From Tricharina praecox (lineage: Eukaryota), in the NCBI RefSeq assembly GCF_024521635.1, contig NW_026250447.1:1-64000 (forward strand): DNA of 64,000 bases. The letters are read 5' to 3'. The notes beneath the pieces were generated by a model. The model was not told where the DNA came from. It saw only the letters and a list, made by a program, of their open reading frames with translations, and did not search any database. Positions within the stretch are counted from its first letter, which is position 1. Each line of letters opens with the position of its first letter. A program made the translations under genes and the position numbers. Of the stretch, positions 49,001 through 59,930 are shown one piece after another.

Positions 49001-50189
49001 ACCAGCGGCCTGTAGAATGTTAGCACGGATATATACGGCAGCCGTGACCCCTATGTACTCACGTGCCGAACGGGACCGGATCCGGTGCTCTCGTAAATCC
49101 ACCTCCCCCGGGGGAAGCACTACTACTCCCACGCCCGCGACTACTTCCCCGGTCGCTACTGAACCCACGGCCGCTTCCCCCCCAGTCATTGCCGCTCCCG
49201 CGACTGCTCCTCCGATCGCCAGGACTCCCTCGAGCGCTTCCCGTACCGCCTGCCCCTGCAGTACCGACTCCGCGGCCGGTACCGGTTCCGCGAGCCGGTG
49301 GTCGCGCCCACCCACTACCTCCTGCAAGCAACGGATAACGACGTTGAATGTAGCTTCGTCGTTTTTCCGAGCTGGTCGGAGCTTCCTCATCATCGTCGGG
49401 GCAATCGCACAATCGTCTAGCAGGAGTGCGAGGAGATGGATTAGCTCGATAAGTGCTGTGTCTTCTCCGGTATGCCTCAGATAATGCTGAGTCCCCGGAG
49501 TGAGAATCGCTCTCTACCGCGTCCCAGTCGGGGTTGGAGGCTCCCTCTTCCGTGTCAGAGTAAGGCTCGGGGTTTATATCTTCTTCGTCTTCGTCCTCCT
49601 CGTCCTCTTCGTCTTCGTCTTCTTCGTCTTCGTCCTCTTCGTCCTCTTCGTCCTCTTCGCCCTCTTCGTCCTCTTCGTCCTCTTCGTCTTCCTCGGAATC
49701 CAGCTTCTCCCTATCCTTTTCAATCTTTTCTTTTCCCGGTTCATCCTCGGAAATTTTATCACTTTCATCCCCGTCGCTTGAGTCTTCATCCTCACTGTCG
49801 TCATCATCCTCGTTCTCACTCGTCTCGCCAGCCTCCTTTTCCCCGTCCCCAACATCGTCCTCATCGTCGTCCTCATTGTCGTCCGTGTCCCCATCTTCCT
49901 CCACTCCAGAAGTGAACTCGGCTTCCGTAATATCGTCATCATCATCCTCCTCCACCACCACCACCGCATTTTCACCTTTGAGAACCTCACTGACATACCC
50001 CGCCATCACCTGGGTCTCATCGCGATCTTGCAAGTTTTTCCTCGCCCTCCGCATCCATGCCGGAGTTCCCGGAGACTGATAAGTGACCTTCTCCTCCTCT
50101 GTTGACGAAGAATCCTCCTCCGCAGGGACAGGCGGCGCCTCCAAATCGTCTCCAATCCGGATGATGTCGTTATCTCGTGGCGAATCCAT
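46095..50189 (-). CDS. Argonaute (N-PAZ-MID-PIWI) with a long acidic plus RG-rich N-terminal extension; 5 exons
   Basis: Motifs RRPAYG...TNFF, GFFTSLR...LNVN, PPEFLEVVPGQ, GGWNM, YAAIK, KFNLKSGGTNH, IVGADVTHP, QESRKE, YRDGVSESQ, KRHHTRFYP, QAHQGIRGTARPCHY and PAYYADIACER (D-E-D-D tetrad). Introns 49062-49010, 48065-47996, 47738-47651 and 46864-46806 preserve frame. First ATG is 50189. Confidence 0.95.
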
Positions 50190-51333
50190 GTGCGAACTGA
50201 TCTGCTCGACGTGTTGCTCGACGTGTGGGGCGAGCGATGAGCGAGCGCACGGTGGGGGCAGGGCGGGGCGCGGCGGTCTAATAGTGGGCAGCGGGATCGG
50301 AGCCAACGTTCTTTATTCGCGGCCACTGCACTGCTACAGCATGATATGGCCACGAGATCCCACAGCACCCACAACGGAGTAGAAGGTAAATTACATTTGG
50401 CCAGAGGACAAAGACTCTGATCGATCGAGAACGGGAGAACGCGAGAACAAAGGCGGTGAAACTGTGTGACGAAAGGAAGACCATGGCGTTGTTCCATGGC
50501 CGCTTGCGCCGCCGCTGGTATGTACCAACCGGCCCGTGATCGTGATCGTGGCCGTGATGTCGGTTCATGTCTTGTTCGATGTGGCGCCGGTCTGTGGCTG
50601 GTGCATAGCAGGGATTATATAATTGTCACGGGTAAGTCGCGTCGAGGTTCTACGCAAGTAGAGGCCGCGTCTACGTGTGGTAGGTCACTGTTGAACAGCC
50701 TCCCGGAATGTCTCTGGAATGATTGTTGATCTCCTTGTACAATTGCAATCGTTATGCCCGGGCCCTCCAGGAATCGACGATGTTGCGACGAGTCCGATAC
50801 GCATGCGGTTCTTGCGATGTTGCATCGTGATGAAGGAGGTGATCTTCGAGGCAAGGCCACCGATAAGAGTGGCGGGGTACGGGCTGGTATGTGGAGACGA
50901 GGGGGGGCGTTCTCCTTCCGTAAGTGCTTTTTCCGGCCCCTCGCATGATGCCCTTCGTCGGCTCGGCTACAGCGGATATGCGCGCTTCTCGCCCCGTAAC
51001 CGGGCCCAGTCCCGACGTGGCCAGGTTTCGATGGTTTCAAGACTGTAGCACCTCTCGTGAAGAAACCCATTCCTCTCGCGAGGAACCTGCACTCCGATGG
51101 AATGATCTTTAATCCGCCCACCATCGCGATCTTTCTAGGCTTCACTGCCAGGGCCCCTCGTCCATAAGAACCGATCGAAGGACCTAATTCCTAATTCCCG
51201 CAACTCCCACATCCCATCCATCCCATCCACGCTGCAAGCTTGCTCCATCCTACATCCCGTTTCGTTTCAACTTTGGCTTCCGGCAAGTCCCCATCACCAG
51301 CAATTTATCTTCGGAGACTCGTATCCACTCAAG

Positions 51334-51906
51334 ATGCACCCTCGCACCTTCATCACCCTCCTCGCCGTAGCGGGGCTCACCACTACTATCGCCTCGCCGG
51401 TACCGAACTCCGTTTCCATCCGCGGCATAGGCGACCTGCTGGGTAGCCTGTTAGGGGGAATCCTCTACGGCGCCAACAGCGGCCGCGGTGGCGGCGGAAA
51501 CGGTGGCGGAAATGGCGGCGGAAATGGAGGCGGAAATGGCGGCGGGGATGATGATGCAAATACTACTACTGCGGCCGCGGACGAGGCGTTTCCTACTACC
51601 ACTGCCGCGGCGGGTGAGGGTATTGTTGCTAGTGGAGTTGGTAGTGGGACGGTAGGCGGGACGGCGATCGCTACTGAGACCACGGCAGACTGCGCGGAGA
51701 CTACGACTGCAGCGGCCGGTGAAGACACCACTGTTCCGACCGAGACTGCAGCCGCGGGGGCTGAAGAGACGGCGGCGGCGGGGACGGAGGCAGAGGCCGG
51801 GCCGACGGCTACAAGGAACTTTGAGAATGTCGCCACGCGGGTGTCCGGAGAGCAGGACACGGAGGAGGAGGATACGGAGGGGGAGGATGGGGCAGAGGAT
51901 GATTGA
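51334..51906 (+). CDS. Secreted Gly/Thr/Ala/Glu-rich protein, 190 aa
   Basis: Signal peptide MHPRTFITLLAVAGLTTTIA-SP, (NGGG)n tract, Thr-rich stalk and acidic tail; single exon. Confidence 0.8.
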   Translation: MHPRTFITLLAVAGLTTTIASPVPNSVSIRGIGDLLGSLLGGILYGANSGRGGGGNGGGNGGGNGGGNGGGDDDANTTTAAADEAFPTTTAAAGEGIVASGVGSGTVGGTAIATETTADCAETTTAAAGEDTTVPTETAAAGAEETAAAGTEAEAGPTATRNFENVATRVSGEQDTEEEDTEGEDGAEDD

Positions 51907-52596
51907 ACCTGGAGGAATGTACTCTAATTAGCGGATCGGCTCTCGCACCTGTAGTTTTCTGAGCTGGATATCAAACAAACAATAGCAAATGATTCGATCC
52001 GATTTGCTCTTACGTTTTGTGTGCAATAGGTAGTGAGTCTATACGATTGGCCTTGCGTTTTGTGTAATAGTCGAGTCTAGCCAACAAGGAGACGGCCTCC
52101 GATTATGTGTTGCATTCCGAGTCCCGAGTCCCGACCAATTACTAGCGCGTACGTAAATCAGCCCGAAATTGCGCGGATAGCTCGCGTACGCGCAGGCCTG
52201 TCTTTCCCTACCACTTCGCCCTGCCACTTCTGCTCACGTCGCATAACCGTTCCAGCGACATGGATATTTCCCAGCAGAAACGGGTCTAACAGGTGCCCAG
52301 TTACATGCATATTGAAATGACGTTTCAAGTGCGGGAGACGTCCGTATGGAGAAGCTCGTGACTCTTGGTGCATATAAAGATTCTCGAGGGCCCTCTCTCT
52401 GCCGTTTGATTTGGAAGTGCACGATCGATCTCGTCACGCAACACTCACTCTCCTTTCTTCCGCTCTTTTCCATCCTGCGCTGTAGACTTCTGTGAAGTTT
52501 CTTTTCGAATCCTTTCCTACGTTCAGTCAGCTCCGGTAGCTCCAAGTTCAACCCGCCTTCTTCCACGTACCACCTCCTCCAGAAAACACCACCACG

Positions 52597-53277
52597 ATGC
52601 GCGCCTCAGCCCTCCTCCTCCCCTTGGTCCTCTCCTTCACATCCCTCTCCGTCGCGCTCCCCCGCCCAGACACGATAGACATCTCGCTCGATGACCTCCG
52701 CGCCGCCCTTCCCGAGATCTCGGTCCCGGACCTAAGCGCGATGTTGGGCTTCATCAACAGCGTAGCCGGCGAGGTCGAGGGATTGGACCAGACGCAGGTG
52801 CAGACACGGACCCGTGGACGGGGACGGGGACGGAAGCCCAAGACGTGTACGGCCACTGCGACGGATGTTGCTACGGCAACGGACGGTGCTGCGGTGACGG
52901 AGACGGCCGTCGCGACGGAGCCGGTCACGGAAATCGCTACGGAAACACCCCCGATGGCGACTGAGACGGTGGTCGCGACTGATACGACCGTCATCGTCAC
53001 GATTACCCAGTACGATCCTATGCCGACCGAGACGGCAGTGGAGACGGCGGTGCCCACCGATGTTGCGGATCCAGAAGTACCCACCGTGACGGAGGCACCG
53101 GTGCCGACGGAAACAGCTGTGGCACCCACGGAGACGGTGGAAACTACGGCTCCAGCGGAAACCACCGCAACATCGGAAACCGCTGCGCCGGCGAATCCGA
53201 CCACGGACCCGAGCACGGCTAGCACCGTTGCGTTCCCATCCCGGACATTCGAGTTCCTGAACGCGGAGGCGACGTAG
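52597..53277 (+). CDS. Secreted mucin-like Thr/Glu/Pro-rich protein, 226 aa
   Basis: Signal peptide MRASALLLPLVLSFTSLSVA-LP, ETAV/PTE repeats, TATAAA at ~52373; single exon. Confidence 0.82.
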   Translation: MRASALLLPLVLSFTSLSVALPRPDTIDISLDDLRAALPEISVPDLSAMLGFINSVAGEVEGLDQTQVQTRTRGRGRGRKPKTCTATATDVATATDGAAVTETAVATEPVTEIATETPPMATETVVATDTTVIVTITQYDPMPTETAVETAVPTDVADPEVPTVTEAPVPTETAVAPTETVETTAPAETTATSETAAPANPTTDPSTASTVAFPSRTFEFLNAEAT

Positions 53278-53832
53278 TCCGCGCTAGCCAGAGGAAGTCG
53301 TATTGCGGAGTTTGGGCGTCTAAGGCCGGGGGAGTTGGTATAGATGTTGTATTATATAGCCGGGATGTTTGTATTCATGAGACCGTTGTGGTAGAAGATA
53401 GAGTGCGACACCTCAGCCAGCCTTGAGGTGGTTAAATAGGGCGGCAATGCATGTTTGAAGATTACAACGTACGTGGGCATGGGTGTGTGATAGTGTCTGT
53501 GTGCTACGAACCTTCTCAAGGGCCCCGTAAATCTACTAGGTAGGTGTTGTCTGCCCTTGAGTGATTGTGACTTGCATACCCATCGCATCTAGCCTGAGGA
53601 CCTTCAAGACGCGAGTGACGTGTGTAGGGATCCAGCGTGAACGTGGTTCTCGTGCCCAGGGAAACCACGGTCGACAATTACCCCGAGCTTTCAATCATTC
53701 TCCAAGAGACGGTTAATTAATTTCGGTACCGACACACGATGTCCCACATTCCGTGCAGACGATCCCGTCCTACAAGATCCCCACAAGAACCGTGTTTCCA
53801 CCGCACGAGTGCAACCCCACACAACACACGCT

Positions 53833-54515
53833 ATGTTTCCATTCCTCCCCATTCTCCTTCTGTTCGCGCCCATATTCGCGACAGCTGAGAACACTGCCTC
53901 TGTCGCCGCGGCATTCAAAGTCGCCGGCATCGTGCCCGACGTGCTGCCCTACTTCCGCCCCTCGGCGTTGGCGGAGATAACCTTTCCCTACGCCAACGGC
54001 AGCTCCACAACGATCAGCACCCCCGGCACCCGTATAGGCCGCAATGGTAATCCCCTTCCTCCTCCTCGCCCTCCGCATACTAACATCCCACCACCGAAGA
54101 CTCGCAAACCACTCCGTCCCTAACCCTCCACGGAATCCGCTCCCCGAACCACTCGCAGCGTTACATCGCGGTAATCATCGACCCCGACGCGCCGAGCCGG
54201 CTAACGCCCACGCGCCGTAGCATCCGGCACTTCCTCGGCGTGAACCTAACGCTCTCCGCCACAGGCTCACTAGAGAACACCACCGCCGCGGACGTGGTCA
54301 ACGCCTACCGCGGGCCGAACCCGCCCGCCGGCAGCGGGCCGCACAGGTACGTGCTGTTCGTGTATGATCAGCCGGAAGGGTTCGGGATTGGAAGCTTGAA
54401 TGTGAGCAATATTGCTGGATGGAATTTGACCGAGTGGGCGGGCGAGACGGGGTTAAGGCCGCCGGTGGCGGGGGGGTTCTTTGTGGCGGAGGTGGCGAAT
54501 GCGACGGTGGTTTAG
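53833..54515 (+). CDS. Secreted phosphatidylethanolamine-binding protein (PEBP family); 2 exons
   Basis: Signal peptide, AGIVPDVL, intron 54047-54099, then IIDPDAPS...RHF and YRGPNPPAGSGPHRYVLFVYDQP. Confidence 0.93.
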
Positions 54516-54739
54516 TGGGGTAGTGTGTGGGAGAGGAGGGGGAGGCGGGGGAGGCGCAGTGGCTGGACGTGGTGCGGCGGAAGCGTGCCGTCGAGGAGGC
54601 TGATCAGTGTGGTGGATGGAATAGCGTAGTGGGTATATATACGTACTGAGTTGCGAGAAAGAATACTGTAGCTGTTCACGCAGAGTTTTGAAAACGTTGC
54701 AAATTTGTATCTCTCAGTGAGACGGACGGGTGCATCATG

Positions 54740-54970
54740 TTTATCAACGGTCTCACCATTCTTCCTGTACGGAAAAAACCCCAGCGTGGCCTAGCGGCCA
54801 CGCACCTGGCGGAGTTAGCGTAGACATTGGTCCACCTATCGGGGTTTCCAAGCCACCCACTGGGGGCGGTGAAGGTTTTTGGTTCAAGCCACGGCTCCAT
54901 TTTTTTCTTTTGTTTAACCAGGAAGTGCTTGCGACCTGGGTAGATCATGGCAATATCACGCCACAGTTCG
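54740..54970 (+). repeat. tRNA-related Pol III-type element (SINE-like or small ncRNA), copy 1
   Basis: A-box TGGCCTAGCGG (54787-54797), B-box GGTTCAAGCC (54881-54890), T7 run (54900-54906); colinear with 63770-64000. Confidence 0.7.
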
Positions 54971-55290
54971 CCACGGTTTTATCTTCATCAATTTATCACT
55001 CGCCGCGTGATATCATGTGTCCGGCACGTGCTCTTGTCGGGGCTGGGATTCGCCATAGGTAGTCTAGATAGGCTTCATGCGGAATAGATTGAAGATTTCT
55101 GACTCTCTCTGGCTCTATCCGGACTCGGATTGGCGGTATCTGTGTGACTTTCGTTGTCAATATTGCGAACCTGGGGATGTGCACCATCGCCTTGTCCTCC
55201 ATCTTGGAGGATATGTGATTCACAGGAGAGCGGAGACGACGATAATGATTGATACTGTCGGAAGAACAAGCTCGTATATAGATACTACGT

Positions 55291-56147
55291 TCAGACCTTC
55301 TGCTTCGAAGCACTGGAGACCATCGGCTTCTCGCAGACCCACTCCGGCTCGTCCTTGACAGCCTGCTCCACCAACCACTGAGCTAGCTCGCTCCTCCTGA
55401 CAGACAGCGTCGTATTCCCGTCTCCGACGTACCCGTCCGTCACTGCTTGAAAGTCACCTGCGGAGCATTAGCCCCATATCCAACGAGGGCGGAGGTGGTC
55501 TGTCAGCTCACCGTTCAAGACGCCACCAAGCCGGAAGATCGTCCAGTCGATGCCGTCCTCGCGCTTGATAGTATCGAAGTAGTCGCGCACGGCAATGATG
55601 TTTCTCCAAGCATTGTGAATGACCGCCCACACAACCCACACCATCAAACTGCGGCCAAAGGAGCTCTTGTCCTTCTCGTCTTCAATGGAGATGGTGCTTT
55701 ATTTTCTCAAGTTAGCAAGGGCCAAGATGCGAACCGGGGGTAGGGGCGGGGGAGGGAACAGGCATCATACCCCATGACGAGGATCCTCCTAACACCAAAC
55801 TCCTTCATAGCATCAACGATGACTCTGTAGGTATTTGCAAACACCAATTCCTTTCCGGCGCCCCACGGGTTCATCCACTTTCCGATCTCGCTCGGGGGCG
55901 GTCCGAGCAGCGACACGATGGCATCGGGCTTCTGCGCGACCGCGTCACGCAACGCGGCCGTATCCGACAGCTCCCCGCCGGGCAGGATCCGAACGCGGCT
56001 GTCGGCCCGCAGCTCTTCCGGGATCTTGGCGGGGCTGCGCGCATACACTAGGATCTCGACGTCGCGCGTCGACGAGAGCGCGTACTGGATCGTCGCGATG
56101 CCGGCTTCGCCGGTGGCGCCGAGGAGGAGGATCTTTTTGGGGGCCAT
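55291..56147 (-). CDS. NAD(P)-binding Rossmann protein (flavin reductase / atypical SDR-like); 3 exons
   Basis: KILLLGATGEAG, YARSPAK, DAIVSLLG and AMKEFGVRRILVMG|T, DWTIFR, SVRRSELAQWL. Introns 55770-55697 and 55511-~55458; stop TGA at 55291. Confidence 0.9.
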
Positions 56148-56590
56148 GAAGAGTCGGTGCTAGGTGATATGAGGTCTGTATAACGACGTCTAAGCTGCAG
56201 CACGCCTCAGGTTATATTCCATCGAATACTTCGTCGATTTCAAAGATCATCTTATGATGCAACGGAATTCCGCACAGATCTCGCGCCGTGACGTGCACAT
56301 GCCTGGGTTAGGGTTGTGAGCGGGATAACGGATCTCCGAAAGGCCGTAACTATGATAGGTTGATACGGTGCTTTGTGTATCAGTCTTTCAACCGCATGTG
56401 GCGTGGTTCAACATGTATGTATGAGGTACGTATCGGCCTTTCAAAGCGTGCGTATTCACCTTTCGACACAGTATCCCGAGGCACTCGCATGACTCACGTC
56501 GAACTATGGACCCCCCGATTGCACGTGCCAAAGGTAAACTATCGGCTAAGAATTAACGTATCGGGATCGCGTCGATCCTTTTAGCACTCT

Positions 56591-57073
56591 TCAACTCGGG
56601 TGCGCACCCTTGCACGCCATCCCGCAGAACGAGCACTCGTCCACCTCGCCCATTTCACAACCACACGGCCACTTCCCGTCCAACTCGAGATACCCCAGAC
56701 TCAACACGTAGTCTACATGCAGCATATGCGTACAACTCGGGATCCTCGAGCCCTCGCCCTCCTCGCCGCCAAGCCCACAGAGCACGCATGTGAACGCGCC
56801 GTCGGCGGACGGAGTCTCGTCGACCTGGAAGAGCATTACTATGCCACTCCAGTACTCGTCGAGCGCCTGACGGATACCGCGCGGACAGTTGCATGGCCAC
56901 ATGGGCCGCAGCCACAGACGCTGCGAGAATGTCTCAATGCAGTGTGTGTGCAGCGTGTCGCGGCAGCCGGGGAGGGTCACCGGACGGGGCGCGGTGCGTC
57001 GGTCGCCAGAGATGCGGCAGTGCGCGCAGGTGAAGAGGTAGCGCTTGGGGACGTCGGGGCTTGCAGTCGACAT
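56591..57073 (-). CDS. Small Cys/His-rich protein with two RING-like units, 160 aa
   Basis: FTCAHC..LPGCRDTLHTHC..WPCNC and FTCVLC..IPSCTHMLHVDY..WPCGC, then CSFCGMAC. Confidence 0.65.
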   Translation of the reverse strand: MSTASPDVPKRYLFTCAHCRISGDRRTAPRPVTLPGCRDTLHTHCIETFSQRLWLRPMWPCNCPRGIRQALDEYWSGIVMLFQVDETPSADGAFTCVLCGLGGEEGEGSRIPSCTHMLHVDYVLSLGYLELDGKWPCGCEMGEVDECSFCGMACKGAHPS

Positions 57074-57987
57074 GGGCGGTTGGTGATGGGTCGTCGGTGC
57101 AGGTCCGGGGGTGCAGGTCCGGGGGACTACCTATGGCGCAGAGGAAAGGGACAGGAACCCGTTGGATACGTTCCAACTGCATACATATATTACGGCGTCG
57201 TGCTCAAGTCGCTTCTTCTGAAGCGCGATGTTGTCGGTCGTTTGATACAGTCATAAATCAGGTTGAACGATAACGTCGCTAACGGCCATTCATCGATAGA
57301 TATGCAACACGGCAGCAGCGCGTTTCAATTTCACGGTGGGTATCGAATCACTCGAGCACCGTTCCTGTTACAAGACTATAGGGCGAAAGATTTCCGCAAG
57401 ATGAACCGCTCAGTTCTATGGGCTCTAAGCGAATGATTAGTTCTTGCATGCATGCATCTAGCGTCCGCACCCACACACTATATATCACTCGCGGAATGAG
57501 TGCTGTTTCATGCACGAAGACGACGCAATTGCAAACGGAGGGGAAGGAGCTGGGCTGCGGAAGCTGAGACGCTTGGCGTACCCGATGAGTAGCATGCATT
57601 CGTAAAGCGGTAGCACATAGCAGTTTAGATGGTTGCATAATTATTGGTGTTGACGGAATACCGCAGTGAGTGATGACAGATGACTAACGGTTGCTCCCGG
57701 AACCGAGCTAGTAGAGTAGATCCACCACATTGGTGGGGCCGCCAGGTACGTGCATAAAATAGCAGCAGTCGTAAGCGTGGGACCCGCGGTGATGGTACCG
57801 GAAGGACCAATCGTTGTATGGCGTTTGCCGCGGTGGGGTGGCTACAATTGGCGGTTGGCGGAGCGAGGATCATCCACCAACGAGAGCACACGTACTGGTA
57901 GAGTACTTACACTACACAGCACCGTGTGTATGCTTTTGGGTGACGGGTCATACCCGGCACAGAAAGCCAGAACGTGGGTAGTAGTTA

Positions 57988-58124
57988 CTCGGGCCAATTC
58001 GTCCCGAGGATTCCCTGCGGGTTAACCCCGCAAATAGGCTAACCGAGCCGCAATAGTGACTCCGGGGAGCGCGCTTACGGTACTGCGGGGCACCACGCAA
58101 TCCATATAATCTGCTGGACCCCGC
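57988..58124 (+). promoter_or_regulatory. Putative sugar-regulated promoter of the rhamnosidase: CGG-N11-CCG, GGCTAA and four SYGGRG sites
   Basis: CGG-N11-CCG 57990-58006 inside ctcggg...cccgag; GGCTAA 58037-58042; CreA-consensus matches 58026-58031, 58062-58067, 58085-58090 and 58119-58124; ATATAA 58104-58109. Confidence 0.45.
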
Positions 58125-58325
58125 GCTCCATCTGTTCGATATTGCTATACGACGCGACCGGAGAATCGTCGACTGTTTACCATATCAACCCGGTATCCTA
58201 CTTCCGAATTTGGAATCCAGCCGGCGACCGACACGAAGGGATCGAGTGGGACCGGACGACTGTCTACCATACTCCGAGTCGGACGTGCGAGCCGACCATA
58301 GACCTGCGTTACCGACCTAGACGCC

Positions 58326-59930
58326 ATGAGCACCCCCATGCCAGACAACCAGGCGGTAGCGCGGAAAACGACGACTCAGTTCAATCAGAAATTCGCAGAG
58401 GTTGCCGAGAGCTGCCGTCCCAAGCTGCACGAATGGATCGAGCGGCCACTCGAGGTCATGTCGTTCAAGCCCGACACGTCCGCCTGGTTCCAGTGCCATC
58501 CGGCACACCGAATGACGATCGATGAGCTCGCGTCGACTCCCGTCGGGAAGGGCGATGACTTCATTCTCGATTTCGGGGGTCACCGGGTCGGATACTTCTC
58601 CTTCCACCTTGGCGCTGTGGGAAATAACATCGACGCACCTTGCCGATTGCGTCTTACGTTCGGCGAGGTTCCCCCGGACGTGACGGAGAACCTAGCCGAT
58701 TGCAAGAGTTGGATCAGCACGAGTTGGCTCCCCGACGAGGTGATCAACGTCGACTGGCTGCCCACGAATGTGGATATGCCACGGCGATACTCGTTCCGTT
58801 ACGTCCGGATACAGGTAATTGATACCTCGCAGCAGTACAGAGCTCTGTTCTCGGATGTCAGAGTGCGCGCTGTCAGCTCAGTGTCGCCGGAAACATTCAA
58901 TTCCGTACCTGCCCTCAACGATTCTCGGCCGTTGCTGCACAAGATCGACGCCGTCTCCCAGCGCACTCTGCGCAACTGCATGCACACCGTCTTCGAAGAC
59001 GGGCCCCGCCGAGACCGCCGCCTCTGGTCCGGCGACCTCCGCCTTCAAGCCCTCACGAACTACGCAACCTTCAAAGACTTTGCCCTGGTCAAGCGCTGCC
59101 TGTACATGTTTGCCGCGGTAGCCGGCGCCGACGGCTCCCTCCCGGCCTGCCTTTACGAGTTCCCGACGCTCCACGCAGCATCCGATTACATCGTCGACTA
59201 CGACGCGCTTTTCGGCGCGATGGTGTACGACTACGCCGTTGCATCGTCGGACCTCGACACGGCGCGGGATCTGTGGCCCACGGTGGTCGGCTCGCTGACG
59301 ACAGCACTATCGCACCTGTCGCCGACCACGGGCGCCTTCGACTCGGCGCGCAGCGACCTGTGGAAATTCCTGGACTGGGATCTGACGCTGCACGCGGACG
59401 CGGGGATGCATGGCGTGGTACTGTACTGCTGCAAGCGGGTCGACGCGCTAGCCGAGCTGCTCGGCTACCCGCCGCGGTACGAAGCTGCCATTGCTTCCAT
59501 GACTGCCGCGGCAACTACAGCATTCTATGACTCCGCCGCCGGCGTGTTCGTCTCTGGCCCCGCGCACCAGATCTCCTGGCTCTCGCAGGCATGGCTCGCC
59601 CTAGCGGGCGCGCTCCCCCCTGACCAGTCCATGGCCGCCCTGCTGCGCACCATGAAGGACCCTGCCGCGCTAAAGCCGCTGTGTCCCTACGGCTGGGCGA
59701 CGTTCGCGGAAGCGCTCGCCGTGTGCGGCGCGAAGGAGGAGTGTCTAAAACTGCTGGAGACGTATTGGGGCGGGATGGTGGAGCGTGGCGCGGACACGTT
59801 CTGGGAGTGCTTCGATCCAAAGGACTACAGGAAGAGTCCGTATCAGGACTATAGGAATAACTCGTACTGCCATGCGTGGAGTTGTAGTCCTGCGTGGTTG
59901 TTGAGGAGCGTGCTGTTTCCCGATTCATGA
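58326..59930 (+). CDS. GH78 alpha-L-rhamnosidase, short intracellular bacterial-type, intronless, 534 aa
   Basis: Motifs LDFGGHRVGY, RRYSFRY, FEDGPRRDRRLWSGDLRLQAL, FLDW, YWGGMVERGADTFWE and NSYCHAWS; no signal peptide. Confidence 0.93.
   Translation: MSTPMPDNQAVARKTTTQFNQKFAEVAESCRPKLHEWIERPLEVMSFKPDTSAWFQCHPAHRMTIDELASTPVGKGDDFILDFGGHRVGYFSFHLGAVGNNIDAPCRLRLTFGEVPPDVTENLADCKSWISTSWLPDEVINVDWLPTNVDMPRRYSFRYVRIQVIDTSQQYRALFSDVRVRAVSSVSPETFNSVPALNDSRPLLHKIDAVSQRTLRNCMHTVFEDGPRRDRRLWSGDLRLQALTNYATFKDFALVKRCLYMFAAVAGADGSLPACLYEFPTLHAASDYIVDYDALFGAMVYDYAVASSDLDTARDLWPTVVGSLTTALSHLSPTTGAFDSARSDLWKFLDWDLTLHADAGMHGVVLYCCKRVDALAELLGYPPRYEAAIASMTAAATTAFYDSAAGVFVSGPAHQISWLSQAWLALAGALPPDQSMAALLRTMKDPAALKPLCPYGWATFAEALAVCGAKEECLKLLETYWGGMVERGADTFWECFDPKDYRKSPYQDYRNNSYCHAWSCSPAWLLRSVLFPDS

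Noticed and set aside
54765..54910. 5S rRNA or functional tRNA gene
   Set aside because: It does not resemble fungal 5S, and the acceptor and T stems cannot be paired as in a tRNA.
56305..56316. GGGTTAGGGTT telomere-like sequence (also gttagggtt at ~32107)
   Set aside because: Fewer than two full units; expected by chance.
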